A stretch of DNA of 63,946 nt, counting the filler, from Reticulomyxa filosa (taxonomy: Eukaryota > Protista > Foraminifera): NCBI GenBank assembly GCA_000512085.1. It is 20 parts of 20 records of this genome, joined end to end, with 100 filler letters (N's around TTAATTAATTAA, not from the genome) between each part and the next. Parts side by side here need not be neighbours in the genome. Positions count along the whole stretch, not along the records: positions 47,837 to 54,234 come from ASPP01009736.1; positions 54,335 to 56,244 come from ASPP01019413.1; positions 56,345 to 57,527 come from ASPP01040393.1; positions 57,628 to 59,169 come from ASPP01024064.1; positions 59,270 to 61,312 come from ASPP01049723.1; positions 61,413 to 62,519 come from ASPP01033467.1; positions 62,620 to 63,946 come from ASPP01012426.1; 13 more parts are not named here. One strand, written 5' to 3'. A program made the translations under genes and the position numbers. Of the stretch, positions 51,658 to 63,946 are shown piece by piece. Within the stretch, counting starts at the first letter, position 1; each line of letters opens with the position of its first letter. The notes beneath the pieces are model-generated. The model did not search any database. It saw nothing but the letters and a program-made list of their open reading frames with translations, and was not told where the DNA came from.

Positions 51658-54600
51658 TTCATCTGAAAAAACAAAAGTTGGCATTTCTAATCTGTATTTT
51701 ATCTCCGAACATAACGTTTGGCCCAAGTCTCTTTCTAAGCAGTGGAAAATTTTTTTCATTGTGTGAAAAAAAAGAAGAGGGGGGAAATGTTTTAAAAAAT
51801 CTGATGTTTCCGGTGTGAAAGGGGTTGCTTTGCAACAAATTGAAATGGTTGGTTTATTTCAAAATTTTAAAGAATATCGACAAACAAAGTACAACGTCTT
51901 ATTTTTCGTTATTTTTCAAAAACGAGGCTCCATAAATGGTACATTACCATTCAACAGCTCTTCCTCTATTAAAAAAAAATTACAATGGTTGTGTTCACTT
52001 TACGTTTTTTAAAATATATACTGAACTAAGACGAAAGAGTTGATCAGCTTTAACGTTTTTTTTGGTACGGCGAGAGGTTTTCTTTTGTCTTTTGTACAGT
52101 TTTTTTAAGCGAAAAGAAATGACCGCTTGTTGTAAATCTTTTGGAAGCTTTGAAAGCAACGGATCAACATAAATGTGATTGATCTCATCAGCGCTCTTGG
52201 AATGGTTAAGAGTTTTGTTCTTTGACTCCCTCAAAATATGGTATAAATTGCTCTGTTCATTTAATATACTCATTGGATATATTTTCTCTTTTTTTCCAAT
52301 CGGACTGGCTCCTATCCCATATGCGACTATATTTTCAAATAATTTTTCATGGAGTCATTTCACACACAAAACATGTTCCTTTTTCAGTGCTTATTACTCT
52401 TTTTTGGATCGCAAAAAAAAAAAGGATGCCATTGAAAATCTTTACTTAACAAAATTGGCTCTCCTTGATCTTCGATTTTGAAACTAACGCTCCCAATTTG
52501 GATACTTTTTTTGATCGAATGTAAAACTTCATCATTGTTTTTCATTTAGCCAAGACAGAGGTACAAGATTATTTTTTTAGCTTCTGGTGTACTTACATGT
52601 TAAAGCTCTTTGAAAGCCTGCTTCCCCCGTGGCCGTGTCACATATTTGACAAGCAAAGTTATGCCAAAAACTCTACAAAGAGGGAAATGAAATTGAAAAC
52701 ACCTTTGGGAAGTTCCATGGCAAAAAATGAATGGATCTGAACCACAGCAATTACCAAAAAAACACAAATGGAAAAAACTTTCATTATGATTATTTTCTGA
52801 ATTTTTTTATCAAATTCCGGAGTACCCGGAACAAAAAAACTCCAGATAAAACTTGCAAACTTATTGCCGCTCTTTCTATCTTAATCATTATCTACTTTTC
52901 GAAACGAACATTTGTTGTGTCATTTGTTCAAAAATAAAAACCTTGGAAAAAAGAAATTTTTTTTGCTTTTCATAAACTTTCAAACAACCAAAAGAAAATC
53001 AAATCAAATAAACGATATATCGTTTAAGTGCATAATTTCAACTACTTTCATTTTTTAAAATTTTTTTTGTCAGGAAAAAATAACATATGATAATCATGAT
53101 ACTTTTGTGAGATGTAGCATGTTTATCACTTTGCGGGAATACTAAGTGTAATACGAAAGGAACTTAGTCCCGAGTACAGTTTCAGTAAAAAGAAAGTAAA
53201 TTAATAGAAAATAATTATAACAAAGCCAAGAAAACAGTAAACCAAGATAGTTGTATTGAGAAGAAAGTTTAACACGCTGGTGGCTATAAGGTTCAATTAG
53301 AACTTTGTGGTATCAAACAGTTACTTACTCTACAACTTGACACATTCATTTTTAAAATCTTTTTTCTTTCATTTTTTAGCTTGCAACAACCACTTTGTGA
53401 AAAAGAGTTGTATTTTGAATGAAATTAAAAGAAGCAACAAGATACTACAATATCTACCATTTACGAAGAAATGTTGAATAATTAATTCAACATTTCTTCG
53501 TGTTGTGCAAAGTTCGTTGCGAAAATGGCGCAAAGGCAATTCAAAGAAAACAAACTACTAAAAAAATTTTTTTTATACTAGTTGAAAATATCATATATCT
53601 GTAAACTACACGTGCCAAACGAAGCCACATGAAACATGAAGCTAACCAGAATATCATTAATAAGCAAAAATATATAACAAAATTTATACTTTGATGCTGA
53701 ATAAGTCAATATAACAACTTGACAACAAAATACAATATTTGCTTAATGCTTCACCAAATATAAAGTGAAAATAAAAATGAAGTTCGTTTGGAAAGAAAAT
53801 ATTGAACAATTTTGATTTATCCAAAATGCTGTTTGTGAGCTTTTGAAATATGATATTTTGTTTTTGCTGCTTGCAAAGTCCGTGAAGTATTGGACAAAAC
53901 ATTATTCAAAAACTTCTCAAAAAGGCAACAACAAAGTTCGCTAAAAAACTACTGTTGGAGGTAATGTGAATGCACAACAAAAGTTCCAAAAGATTTTTAA
54001 AGAAAAAAAACGAAAGCCAAAGGCAAGAAAAACACACCAAACCACCCTATCCCTCTTCGAGTTTCAATTTATCATTACTGTTTTTTCTGTGTTCCAATTT
54101 TTTTGGTTTATCATGGACAAACATCAGGAGAAAAAAAAAATTTGAAAGCGTCACTTGTTGCAGACAACTAAAGAAAAAGAACCCTGAATTATAACCCATC
54201 CTCTTTTCAACAAAAAAAAAAAAAAAAGAAAAAGNNNNNNNNNNNNNNNNNNNNNNNNNNNNNNNNNNNNNNNNNNNNTTAATTAATTAANNNNNNNNNN
54301 NNNNNNNNNNNNNNNNNNNNNNNNNNNNNNNNNNAATTTGTGATGATAGACCAATATATTGCAAACACATTTGTGAAAAAATCTTGATATGGCACATAGT
54401 TAGACTGGTAGGCAGTATTGATTTAGTCTCCACTGTCAATGTCATTTTTAGTTTTCGTAAACATGAAACAGAATTTGGTTTGATTACAATTGCATTGGAG
54501 TCAAGTGTTTTTTTTTGACAATGTTGTACTTATAATTATTATCATGCTTTGCTTATCAGTGGGATTGTCAGCAGCAATGACACAAGTGCGTCATATGCGT

Positions 54601-56039
54601 TTGCCAGTTGAAATTGACTATCGGAAAGTGATACCCTCATGCTGTGGAGGTACAAACGTTACAACAATTGCACACTAATTGGGATCTTCTGCTTGAGACT
54701 GTCTGTGTATTTGTGAAACAAGTGTTTCTGCAGTCTTTCTTTGAATATTTCTTCTTATTGAATAAGTAGTCGTTGACTACAACTATGCTTTTTGTTTAAC
54801 TATTTGGTTTTGATACAATTTGTCACTTGTTTGGACTTGAATCAACTGCGACATTTGCGGTTCACATTATCAGCTGTCAATAGACTTGATTCCAGTTTTA
54901 TGCTATCTCGTCGTAGGACAACCGATTCCTTTCATTTTTCCTTAGTATTTCGCTTTATTCACTACGCTATAAGAAAGCCTGCCTTTTCGTGCACGTGGAA
55001 TTACAACTCTTATATAGCTATGTGAGACTTCTTTGAACCTTATAGTTCCATTGCAACTACCTCATAAACACCAGTAATTCGCTTTCAATCTCGAGTGTTG
55101 CTTCCATTTTACCAAGCTTTTTGTCAGAATATCAGTAGTACAAATACAATTACCTGTTTACTATTTTGCTTTTCAATTACTTCAAAATGAAAATATCTCC
55201 TTCAAACAGTTTATTATGTAACAACTATCACTTATTATTTCAACTTTAAAATTTTCCCAATCTTCCATCTTTTTTAAAAAATTAAAAAACTTAGAAGTGA
55301 GTTTTTGGAAATTACTAGTATTCAATAAACGCAAAATGTCTTAAAATACATTCATTGTTTTGCTTTCACTCGTTGGTGTTACTATTCTGAGGGTTGACAC
55401 ATATATCCATCAACACAATCATTGTATAGATCAAATGTTATCAGGGATCATATGATAAAGCTATTATTTGTTTTGGAGACAATGGATATTGAAACAAAAA
55501 GTAATTTTTCGAGCGTCACATTGTTGTCCGAGGTTTACAAATCAAGATATCATTTTCAAAAAGTGGATTACTTCGAGATAAGAAAAACATGTTCACCAAA
55601 AAGTTCAATAAAAATCCATTACAGATTCTGCAACACTGTTTTTTAAATTTGTTTGTGAACATTTATATTAATGATTGTCAGCTTTCTGCAAACAACTGTA
55701 TGAAAAAAATTGGAATAATTTGTATAGTTGTTGTGCAGGAAAAAAGCAATAATACTTTTTAAGTTTATATTTTTTATATAATTTTTTTTTAACTATTTTT
55801 TAGTCGAGTATTGTTTAAAAAAAAATGTCAAACTCCTCTTTTCATAAATAAAAAACAACCTTTAGACCACATTGCTTTATTTAATGTTAATTTGCTTTGT
55901 TAAAATACAAAAAATAAACTTCGCAGCCTAAAACAATGCTTGCATTCAACCAAATCAAACAAGTTTGATATCACATACTTTTCTTTTAATCAAATTTTTC
56001 AAACAAAAATACTTTCATTTTTATTCGACAAAAACTAAA

Positions 56040-56244
56040 TTATCCCCAAATACGAATGGGACCTTTGCGTGAACCATAACACAAATTCAAATCATATTTA
56101 CCATTCTTTGTCTTCTCTTTCTTTTCCAATACAATAAATTTAATACAAATTATTCCATTATCTTCTTTATCATCTCCTTTGATCATATACAATTCATTCT
56201 TATTTGATCGAATATCCCAAAAACGAATTGTATTATCATGCGAT
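56040..56244 (-). CDS. WD40-family gene, 3' end (contig-truncated)
   Basis: HDNTIRFWDIRSNKNELYMIKG...LNLCYGSRKGPIRIWG*. Confidence 0.85.
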
Positions 56245-57627
56245 NNNNNNNNNNNNNNNNNNNNNNNNNNNNNNNNNNNNNNNNNNNNTTAATTAATTAA
56301 NNNNNNNNNNNNNNNNNNNNNNNNNNNNNNNNNNNNNNNNNNNNTCTATTGTCCCTTCAAGTGATCAATTGTTTGTCTTTTGAATTTGGACATAACAATA
56401 AAAGGCTCTTGTATATGTGAAATTACTTTTCTCAAACAATGTTCTATCATTAAATTAAACAATATTTATATCCATTGATTTATTTTTTGTCCAATTATGT
56501 TTTGTCATTTCGTTTGTCTAGAGTCTCTTCTAATAAAAAAAGTTAGTAAAGATTTAATTGATATGTAACATTTTGCATACAATATTTTTTTAAGGTGGTA
56601 AGTAATACTATTGCATTTATTCATGTGATAAAACAGTGATTTATGAGATATAAAATTAGATAAATAATTAGCAAAAATTTCAGATTTTATTATTCTCTAA
56701 ACCATCTGATGATAACTTCATTTCATAGATCCCTTCTTCGCACAATTGCACTTATTATCTTTATCATTTTCACAGGAGAAAATCTTGATTGTGTATTCAA
56801 GCAATCTCTTTCTTCAGATATAAATAAAATTAATTTGCACTTTGGTGAGGCTATCACAAGAAAATATTACACTGACTATAATTATCTTCACAAATATAGT
56901 GGATTGAATATTTCATATAACGTGTTGATTATCATTTGCACATGATACTCTTAAATATGGGTTTCTAGAAAAACTACAGTTTCACAGTTCTTAAATGATG
57001 CAGCATTCTCGTTTTATTCTTTAAAAAAGAAAAATACTAGCAAGTTTTTTTACTTTTAACCCTTTTTTGCAATTGAACTTTTAAATTGTTTGAATATAAA
57101 AGTCCTAAGTCTTCCCCTTTTTGTAGGGAGCAACCAAGTAAGAAAAAAAAACTATTAGAATAAGAACAAATATGCTGCATTCGTTTTTTGCGTGAAATTT
57201 ACAAATAAAATCTATTTTTACTTTCATCTTCAACAATAAATGTTTTATCTTATCACATGATTTCAGTAATTAGAATATATTATCTTTTTTAATTTTAATA
57301 ACAAAAACAACTTTTGAAATGAATTTTTTTCAAATGGTGTAATTTTTGTACTAAAAAAAAATTAGAGTTGACCAAAATAAAAATTCCCCCGTTCAAAAAA
57401 ACTTCAAAAAAAAAAAACTCCTCTACATCATCTTACCAAGAAATCAAGAACCAAAAGAAAGAAACTGAGTAAGATGGAAGAAGAAAAAAGTAAAGACAAT
57501 GCAAAACTGGACTTGAAGTCACTTCCTNNNNNNNNNNNNNNNNNNNNNNNNNNNNNNNNNNNNNNNNNNNNTTAATTAATTAANNNNNNNNNNNNNNNNN
57601 NNNNNNNNNNNNNNNNNNNNNNNNNNN

Positions 57628-57687
57628 CCACCTTATAGAGATGATTGTGTTTTTTCATGGAGAAACACAATCATCTCTATAAGGTGG
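57628..57687. repeat. Perfect 25-bp inverted repeat (60-nt hairpin)
   Basis: CCACCTTATAGAGATGATTGTGTTT (57628-57652) is the exact reverse complement of AAACACAATCATCTCTATAAGGTGG (57663-57687). Confidence 0.9.
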
Positions 57688-57826
57688 CATTTTAGGTGTC
57701 AACTTTCTTTTTTATCTTACTGTAATATTATCTGTCATTTCTTTGTGCAAATTGAAAAGAATAAGAAATGATAAAAATAAATAAATAAAAAAATAAATAA
57801 AAGTATAAATGACGTTGTTTAAATAT

Positions 57827-57937
57827 GATGTTGGATTATCAATTGAATATGATGAAAATTACAGCATTTTTCAATTTGGTGATATATCTGTTTTTAATGA
57901 TTTACAAAAATTATATAAATATTCATATGTATGTAAC
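57827..57937 (+). pseudogene. Kelch-family fragment
   Basis: DVGLSIEYDENYSIFQF..LYKYSYVC matches KTGLSIEYDENNNIFQF..YAHVC in the kelch genes. Confidence 0.7.
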
Positions 57938-58279
57938 GCAAATTAAAACTAAATTGTGTTTATGATATTTTAAATTTAGTATTGTAGGGAAAGTCACTAC
58001 GTTACCTCCTTAAATACTAACGGAACGGTGGGACCCCCAGTGGGTTAAAACCCTCTTCTTAGCACTACTCACTTTCCTCTTGTTTTACTTGTTTTCTTTA
58101 CTTGCGTTGTAGTTATTCTTCTTTAATTAACTTTCTTTTACTGAAATTACTCTTTTGGAACTAAGTTCCTTTCGTATTACACTTAATCTTCTCACAAGTC
58201 CCACAGTATTATTTATTTTGATTAAACATAAATAGATAAATAAAATAATAAAAAATTAACAAAAATCAATTTAAAAATT

Positions 58280-58383
58280 TTTGATGAATTTAATAATATT
58301 TTTTTAAAATTATCAGCCCATCCAAATTTTACATGATAAAATATAATCAAATAATTAATAGTAAATTCCATTTCATCATTTTT
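58280..58383 (-). pseudogene. Isolated degenerate copy of the module exon
   Basis: An AG acceptor is followed by KNDEMEFTINYLIIFYHVKFGWADNFKKILLN. Confidence 0.55.
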
Positions 58384-58819
58384 CTAATTATTTTCAAAAT
58401 ATATTAAAAAAGGTTAAAAATAAAAAAATAACAAATAATTCAAAAATATTCTGTAAACTTTGTAATAAAAAGCAAATTAGTAAACGTGTTCTGAACAGGC
58501 GACGCTATGAAGAGATTTTTTTTTGTGCGCACTACAAAGTGTATATAATATGTCAAGCAGGAGAGTAAGGTTTGCGTTAGACGAAGATATACAAGAGCAA
58601 TCATCATCAGAAGTACAAGTATAGATAATTTTTTCCCTCGTGTTTTGTGTGTTTTTCTGTTTTCAACAGCAATTTTTTGTAATGTAGAACTTTTTGCAGC
58701 AAGTGCATGACACATTTGGTAAAGACCCGCAGTCGTTTCAAACAGTTTTGAGATGACATATATTTTTTGGGATCAAACATGGATTTAAAAAAACAAAAAA
58801 AAAAATAAAAAAAAAGAAA

Positions 58820-59169
58820 ATGGCATATCAATGGGGAGTAGATCAAGTAGTATTTTGGTTGATTCAAAATCATTTGGACGAATGTGCTCCTGCATTTTGG
58901 ACTAGTAAAATAACAGGAAGCCAATTATTGAATGAATTGAAGCAATCCGATTTTTCAGAAATGGCAATTCCGGAGTCATTGATACCAATTTTGACTCACA
59001 AAATTGAGGAATTGAAAAACCAACAAATAAACGGAATAACCATCACAATGGTGCATTCGCCAAGTTCCACCGAATTAATGACAAAAGTTACATCGTTAGA
59101 AATATGCACATGTGACATAGTTCATTTGAGTTGTGTGTGTGTGTGTGTATGCACTTTCTCTTTTTTTTT
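58820..59169 (+). CDS. SAM-domain protein (partial)
   Basis: WGVDQVVFWLIQNHLDECAPAFWTSKITGSQLLNELKQSDFSEMAI..ILTHKIEEL fits the SAM consensus. Confidence 0.8.
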
Positions 59170-61416
59170 NNNNNNNNNNNNNNNNNNNNNNNNNNNNNNN
59201 NNNNNNNNNNNNNTTAATTAATTAANNNNNNNNNNNNNNNNNNNNNNNNNNNNNNNNNNNNNNNNNNNNCTTGCATTGGGTGCAACCAAGTGCAAAACTG
59301 TTTGACAGAAGACCGTGTGTATGTGACGATACCAACAAATGGACACAACATGGACGCAGACAACAAGGATTTGTTAGTGGAAAGCGAACTGAAAGGGGTG
59401 ATGAATGTGACCACAATCAAATATCACGTAGTGTTCCACAACAACACATTAGATTATTTTTGCAACATTGGCACATGGCACGCTCGAACACAAACAAGCT
59501 GTTTGAATTTTCGCAAGGATTTATTCCGATCACGCATTTTCGGATGGCGTCAGTACTTCCCTCTATCCGCAAGTATACGTAAATCAAGATGATGTGATTG
59601 CCATTTACGGATACGGATTGTTTACCGCTGTGAGAAACCTGTGCAAATGACTTTCATGAACTTTGTCAAGGCACTGATGCAGTATATTTTTGAACTTATT
59701 TAGAATAAATTCAACTGCACTTATCGCATTTGGGATGATAAATATAAAACCCTTCTCGGCTATAACTTCATTCCACAAGAACTACTTGGCCGAACCATCT
59801 TACCAGTTCCTGCTTTACTTTGGTGACGTTGAGATCACATCACAACATGTCACTGTCTCTTATAGCCGTTTGCTCATTACTGACACTTTTTTTAAAAAAA
59901 TTTGAATTAGTTGTGATCTTATATATCTATACATGTTCCCAGGTGATTCATGATTTTTTTAATAGATGTATCTTTTTACATTTTTGTGTACATTGTTTGA
60001 AACATATCAACTAATTGTTCATTCTTTTTTCTCAATATTTGTTGATGTGATTTTAACTGATTGAAAAATAACTCATATTTCACTTTTTTGTTATTTTTAA
60101 AAAGAAAAGGCTCTCTTTTTTTTCTCAAGTACCATTGCTTATCGCAAAAGTTTAGTGAGATAGAAAAACTAATGCACAAACGAACTCTCCACTTGGAGAT
60201 GAAATGTTTTAGACTGCAGAAATAGAAAATTGCAAGAAAGGATTGATTCAATCTTATTTGGATTTCTTATTTCACTTAACCGGCTCAGACTTTGATTCGA
60301 ATAAAGAAAATTTCAAAAATTTAACCATATTGGGAAAAAAATAACAACAATTAAAATAACAACCTTTTGTATTACAGTGATCACACAATAAGACTAAACA
60401 AAAAACAAAACAGTGAAGAACCAATATGTCCTTGTTGTAGCATATTTTATATCGTCGAAGGGATCGGACGAATAACATTGCACAATTTTGTATATTACGA
60501 CAATGCCGTTTTTCAGTTTCACGTGGTTTGTATGCATGCCGAGTCCATAATAAGTGTATGGATTTGCTTCTATGGCGTAACACAACACGCTTTGTGATTA
60601 GATGAATTTCAACGATAACGATAATGATACAATCGAAAGCGTCTGTCAGCAGGCAATCCAATAAGTGAAGAAGGAGAAGAGAAGACACATTGATACAATT
60701 GCAACCCCAAGACTAGGCAATGATATCAGCGTTATATCAAGTGCCCATAATAAAACAGCAACGAAACGGAGCCAATAGCAATGACAACCAATTGGAAGGT
60801 AGCATTCATGGCCTTGCTCTATTCACATTTAATACAATGCTTTGATCATTGTATAATGTGTTGAGCTGTCGCTTTGTCTTCAGATATGAATAAAGGCAAA
60901 GGGAATGGTATTATTTCGACGCGGAATAGTTGATCGTATTCATATTTATAACGACAGAGCTGTTCGCGTATTTAGCAAAACGGAGTGGCTCTTGAAAACG
61001 CAGGTATACTACAATGACGAGATATGGCATTGACAGTGTGTGCATTGGAGAAAGACGCCTATTACTTTATTGATTTGGATATCGCCTTAGAAAGATCCAC
61101 CAAATTTCTATTTGATTATGCGTGAATGATACTCTCAATATTGTAGATAAACCAATATTGTTTCCCGAACCAATCTCTTCATGTATCTTTTGTATTGCTA
61201 CTATTCGTTGTTGTTGATGCTATTTATCATGGAGGGTAGCTATATTATTATTTTCTGGATATCTTTTGCATGCTACATTTTCTTTGTTTTCTTTGTGACG
61301 CCTCTGCTCTCANNNNNNNNNNNNNNNNNNNNNNNNNNNNNNNNNNNNNNNNNNNNTTAATTAATTAANNNNNNNNNNNNNNNNNNNNNNNNNNNNNNNN
61401 NNNNNNNNNNNNAAAA

Positions 61417-61457
<41 letters not shown>

Positions 61458-61472
61458 AAAGTTTCGTCAATG

Positions 61473-61892
61473 TTACTCTTCAATTTCTGCTTTGTCTTCA
61501 ACCATGCCATACCGAATCTTCTTTGCATCATTTATGAATCTTTCCAAATCTTGAAGAGATTGCATTAGATCAATTTCAAAATGGAGCTGATTTACAAAGC
61601 GATCATTGTTATGAAAAATCCATTGTTTGAAATTTTTTCCAAACAGTTGCTTGTCAACAATACTATCAAAAATCCACATATACCGCATAATACGTTCATA
61701 ACCGTCGATAAATCCAAAGTGATTTTTAAACAAAGGAATAGCACCCGTTGTCCAAAAATGGACATGGTTTCTTCCGCAGGCCATACTTGCAATCAAAGCA
61801 TTGATCACAATAGGAAGACAAGAAGATATAGCATCTCCTCCTTGCACAAGAGTGCCAACACCGTGGGGGGGGGGGCCACCAATTTCATCCAT
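61473..61892 (-). pseudogene. Hypothetical protein remnant
   Basis: 139-aa ORF whose upstream continuation is broken by stops and frameshifts; no family recognised. Confidence 0.25.
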
Positions 61893-62619
61893 TGAGAAAT
61901 TGAAAAGCGGTCAGTTGCATGGACTCGCACTCCGGTCTCAGTCTTTAAAATAAGCTAGATAGAGATCATTCTTCTTCGTCCAAATGTTCTTTTCCTTCGG
62001 AGACTAGTCCTATTCCATGTTCTAAAGCATACATTTGCCAAAGTTCTTCTGATATCTCCACTTCCATCAATATGAACATGGATTATCTGTTGAGGCATCT
62101 TCTATATTTCTTTTTCTTCCTTTATTGAAACTCTTCGACTAAAAGCCCTTCCTTTTGCAAAGTCATACTACAAACGATTATCTTTTTTATTTTTAGTCTT
62201 TGGTTCTCAGGCCATGCAATTATTGATTCATATGCAGATTAAAGCATACATCTTTTGGCTTTCTTTGTGATCCGTTTTTCATTTTTGTTTTCTTGTACGT
62301 AAAGAAATTATTCGTATTGGAAATTTGCGAGTTGTTTAAAGTAATTTTGTCTTTAAGCGTTTGCCTGAACCAAGCAAATCCTGAAATTTTTGTGAGTTTT
62401 CATTACAATGTCTCTGGAAGAGAAAAGTAAGAGTAACATTATTGAAAATGCTAAAAAAAGTGAAACATCAGAGTTGGAAGATTCAGATATAAAGTCAATG
62501 TGTTTGGACAAACAATGGANNNNNNNNNNNNNNNNNNNNNNNNNNNNNNNNNNNNNNNNNNNNTTAATTAATTAANNNNNNNNNNNNNNNNNNNNNNNNN
62601 NNNNNNNNNNNNNNNNNNN

Positions 62620-63296
62620 CGGGAATCCAAAACCCAGCGCGGTCTCCTGCATACGCGGACTGACCAAACCCAGTGTCGTTGCTGTAACCAGCCATGAGCT
62701 TCGGCTGGCAGCGATTGAAACAGCAGAGATAAAATTTCGTTACTGGTGACTACGATACATTGGATTTGTTGCTGACGCCACTGGTCCGACAAGCGTTGAC
62801 CATCCAAAGGTAACGGCACCCGTTTGTAACTTTGTACATAACTGACCTTAGCCCCCCGTGCCAGCAGACCTTGTTTGATCAGCTCGCGGCCGGCATTACC
62901 GCGCACTATAGTGACGTGGCGGCCTGCGACCTGCTGTAACTCCGGCAGCGCCAGCAAGCCTTCACTGCGCTGATCTGTTGGGGCGATCACAGCACGCTTG
63001 CTGGCTTTTCAATGCCGTCGCCGTAGTGCGGCCAACCGCAAACAACGGTTGCGGCAAACGGCTTAGATCAACTTGATTTCCAGACAAGTGACGGCAGCAA
63101 TGCTGACAAACACCAATAATTCAGCGTCTTGCAACGCGGCTTTATCTTTTGGTTTTAACATCACCTGCTGGGTGGTGATTAGCGGCTGGTAAGCATGGCT
63201 GATCCCAAGCTGCTCCAGCCCCGCCAATAAACTATCGGCGCGACCGGCCGGCCGGGTGATCAACACACTAAAGCCATCCGCCGCCGGAGTTAGCAT
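62620..63296 (-). CDS. hemD: Uroporphyrinogen-III synthase (bacterial, 3' truncated, homopolymer frameshifts)
   Basis: VLITRPAGRA, LLVFVS, FAVGRTTA, SEGLLALPEL, IVRGNAGRELI, VVTSNE. Its ATG overlaps the hemC stop (TGATG at 63298-63294). Indels near 63075, 63007 and 62668. Confidence 0.93.
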
Positions 63297-63946
63297 CAGC
63301 GCGACTCACCATACACAGCTTGTAAAATAGCGCCGGCACCTTGCGCCAGCAACTGCTCTGCTAACTGCTGACCTAAGGCTTCACCAGCGCTGGCAGTGCC
63401 ACGCACTTCGGCCTGTAAAATTTGACTGCCATCCAGCTGACCAACCAAACCACGTAACCAGAGTTGCTCACCATCAACCAGCGCAAAAGCGCCAATCGGC
63501 ACCTGGCACCCCCCTTGTAACGCCCGGTTCATCGCCCGCTCAGCCAGCACCGCCTGGCGGGTTGGCGCATGTTCCAGTGGTGCTAATAAAGCCAATACGG
63601 CGCTGTCATCGCTGCGACATTCAATGCCCACCGCGCCCTGGCCATTGGCCGGCAAACTTTGTTCAACCGGCAAATAGGTGCGGATACGGCTGTGAAAACC
63701 GAGCCGGATCAAACCAGCCGCCGCCAGAATAATGGCATCGAACTCAGCGGCATCTAATTTGGCTAAACGGGTATTGACGTTGCCGCGTAAATCTCGGATT
63801 TGCAGGTCTGGCCGCAACGCTTTTAACTGACACTGCCGGCGCAGGCTGGAAGTCCCCACCACAGCGCCTTGCGGCAATGCAGCCAGACTGTCATAAACGG
63901 TTCGACACAAAAGCATCCCGCGGATCTTCGCGCTCGCAGATGGTCG
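63296..63946 (-). CDS. hemC: Porphobilinogen deaminase / hydroxymethylbilane synthase (bacterial, 5' truncated)
   Basis: [64 protein letters not shown] (cofactor Cys). One-base frameshift near 63896. Confidence 0.97.
   Translation of the reverse strand, partial: RPSASAKIRGMLLCRTVYDSLAALPQGAVVGTSSLRRQCQLKALRPDLQIRDLRGNVNTRLAKLDAAEFDAIILAAAGLIRLGFHSRIRTYLPVEQSLPANGQGAVGIECRSDDSAVLALLAPLEHAPTRQAVLAERAMNRALQGGCQVPIGAFALVDGEQLWLRGLVGQLDGSQILQAEVRGTASAGEALGQQLAEQLLAQGAGAILQAVYGESR

Noticed and set aside
61473-61892. Possible viral/Polinton packaging ATPase or recombinase remnant
   Set aside because: Only a vague GRNH-like word is present; no Walker A/B or catalytic motifs could be found upstream.
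2866-62619. Recurring TTAATTAATTAA as a biological repeat or CRISPR-like array
   Set aside because: It is always centred in exactly 88 Ns, so it is an assembly-concatenation linker. Gene neighbourhoods across spacers are meaningless.
62620-63946. hemC/hemD as pseudogenes of a degenerating endosymbiont, or as HGT into the host
   Set aside because: All breaks are single-base homopolymer indels with otherwise conserved protein, GC is high, and there is no physical link to host sequence.

Overview
This is not one contiguous locus. It is 20 short contigs joined by 19 artificial 100-bp spacers (N44-TTAATTAATTAA-N44). Nineteen contigs come from an AT-rich, intron-containing eukaryote. Their expanded WD40 family (signature IGGNGYTICSGSxDxTIRIWDIE) and kelch-like family closely resemble the foraminiferan Reticulomyxa filosa; this is recognition, not a database result. 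The last contig (62620-63946) is a GC-rich gammaproteobacterial hemC-hemD fragment. Recognisable eukaryotic genes include three kelch-like genes, several WD40 genes or pseudogenes, a triple-SAM protein, a G-protein beta subunit, an FN3-SPRY protein, a P4-ATPase, an Nst1/GGNBP2-like plus DCD protein, an RCC1-repeat protein and a SAM protein. Three observations stand out. (1) A multi-exon gene (35606->30499) splices together an RRM, a bacterial-type M23 zinc peptidase with intact ligands, a degenerate macro domain and a SHAQKYF-like Myb domain. (2) A ~34-aa helical module sits on its own exon at the N-terminus of WD40 proteins and the C-terminus of kelch proteins, with a related copy inside an RCC1 propeller; it is a candidate lineage-specific F-box/SOCS-box-like adaptor spread by exon shuffling. 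(3) Many introns have T-rich 5' halves and A-rich 3' splice sites. Many single-base frameshifts lie in homopolymers and are probably sequencing errors. All gene models were spliced by eye.
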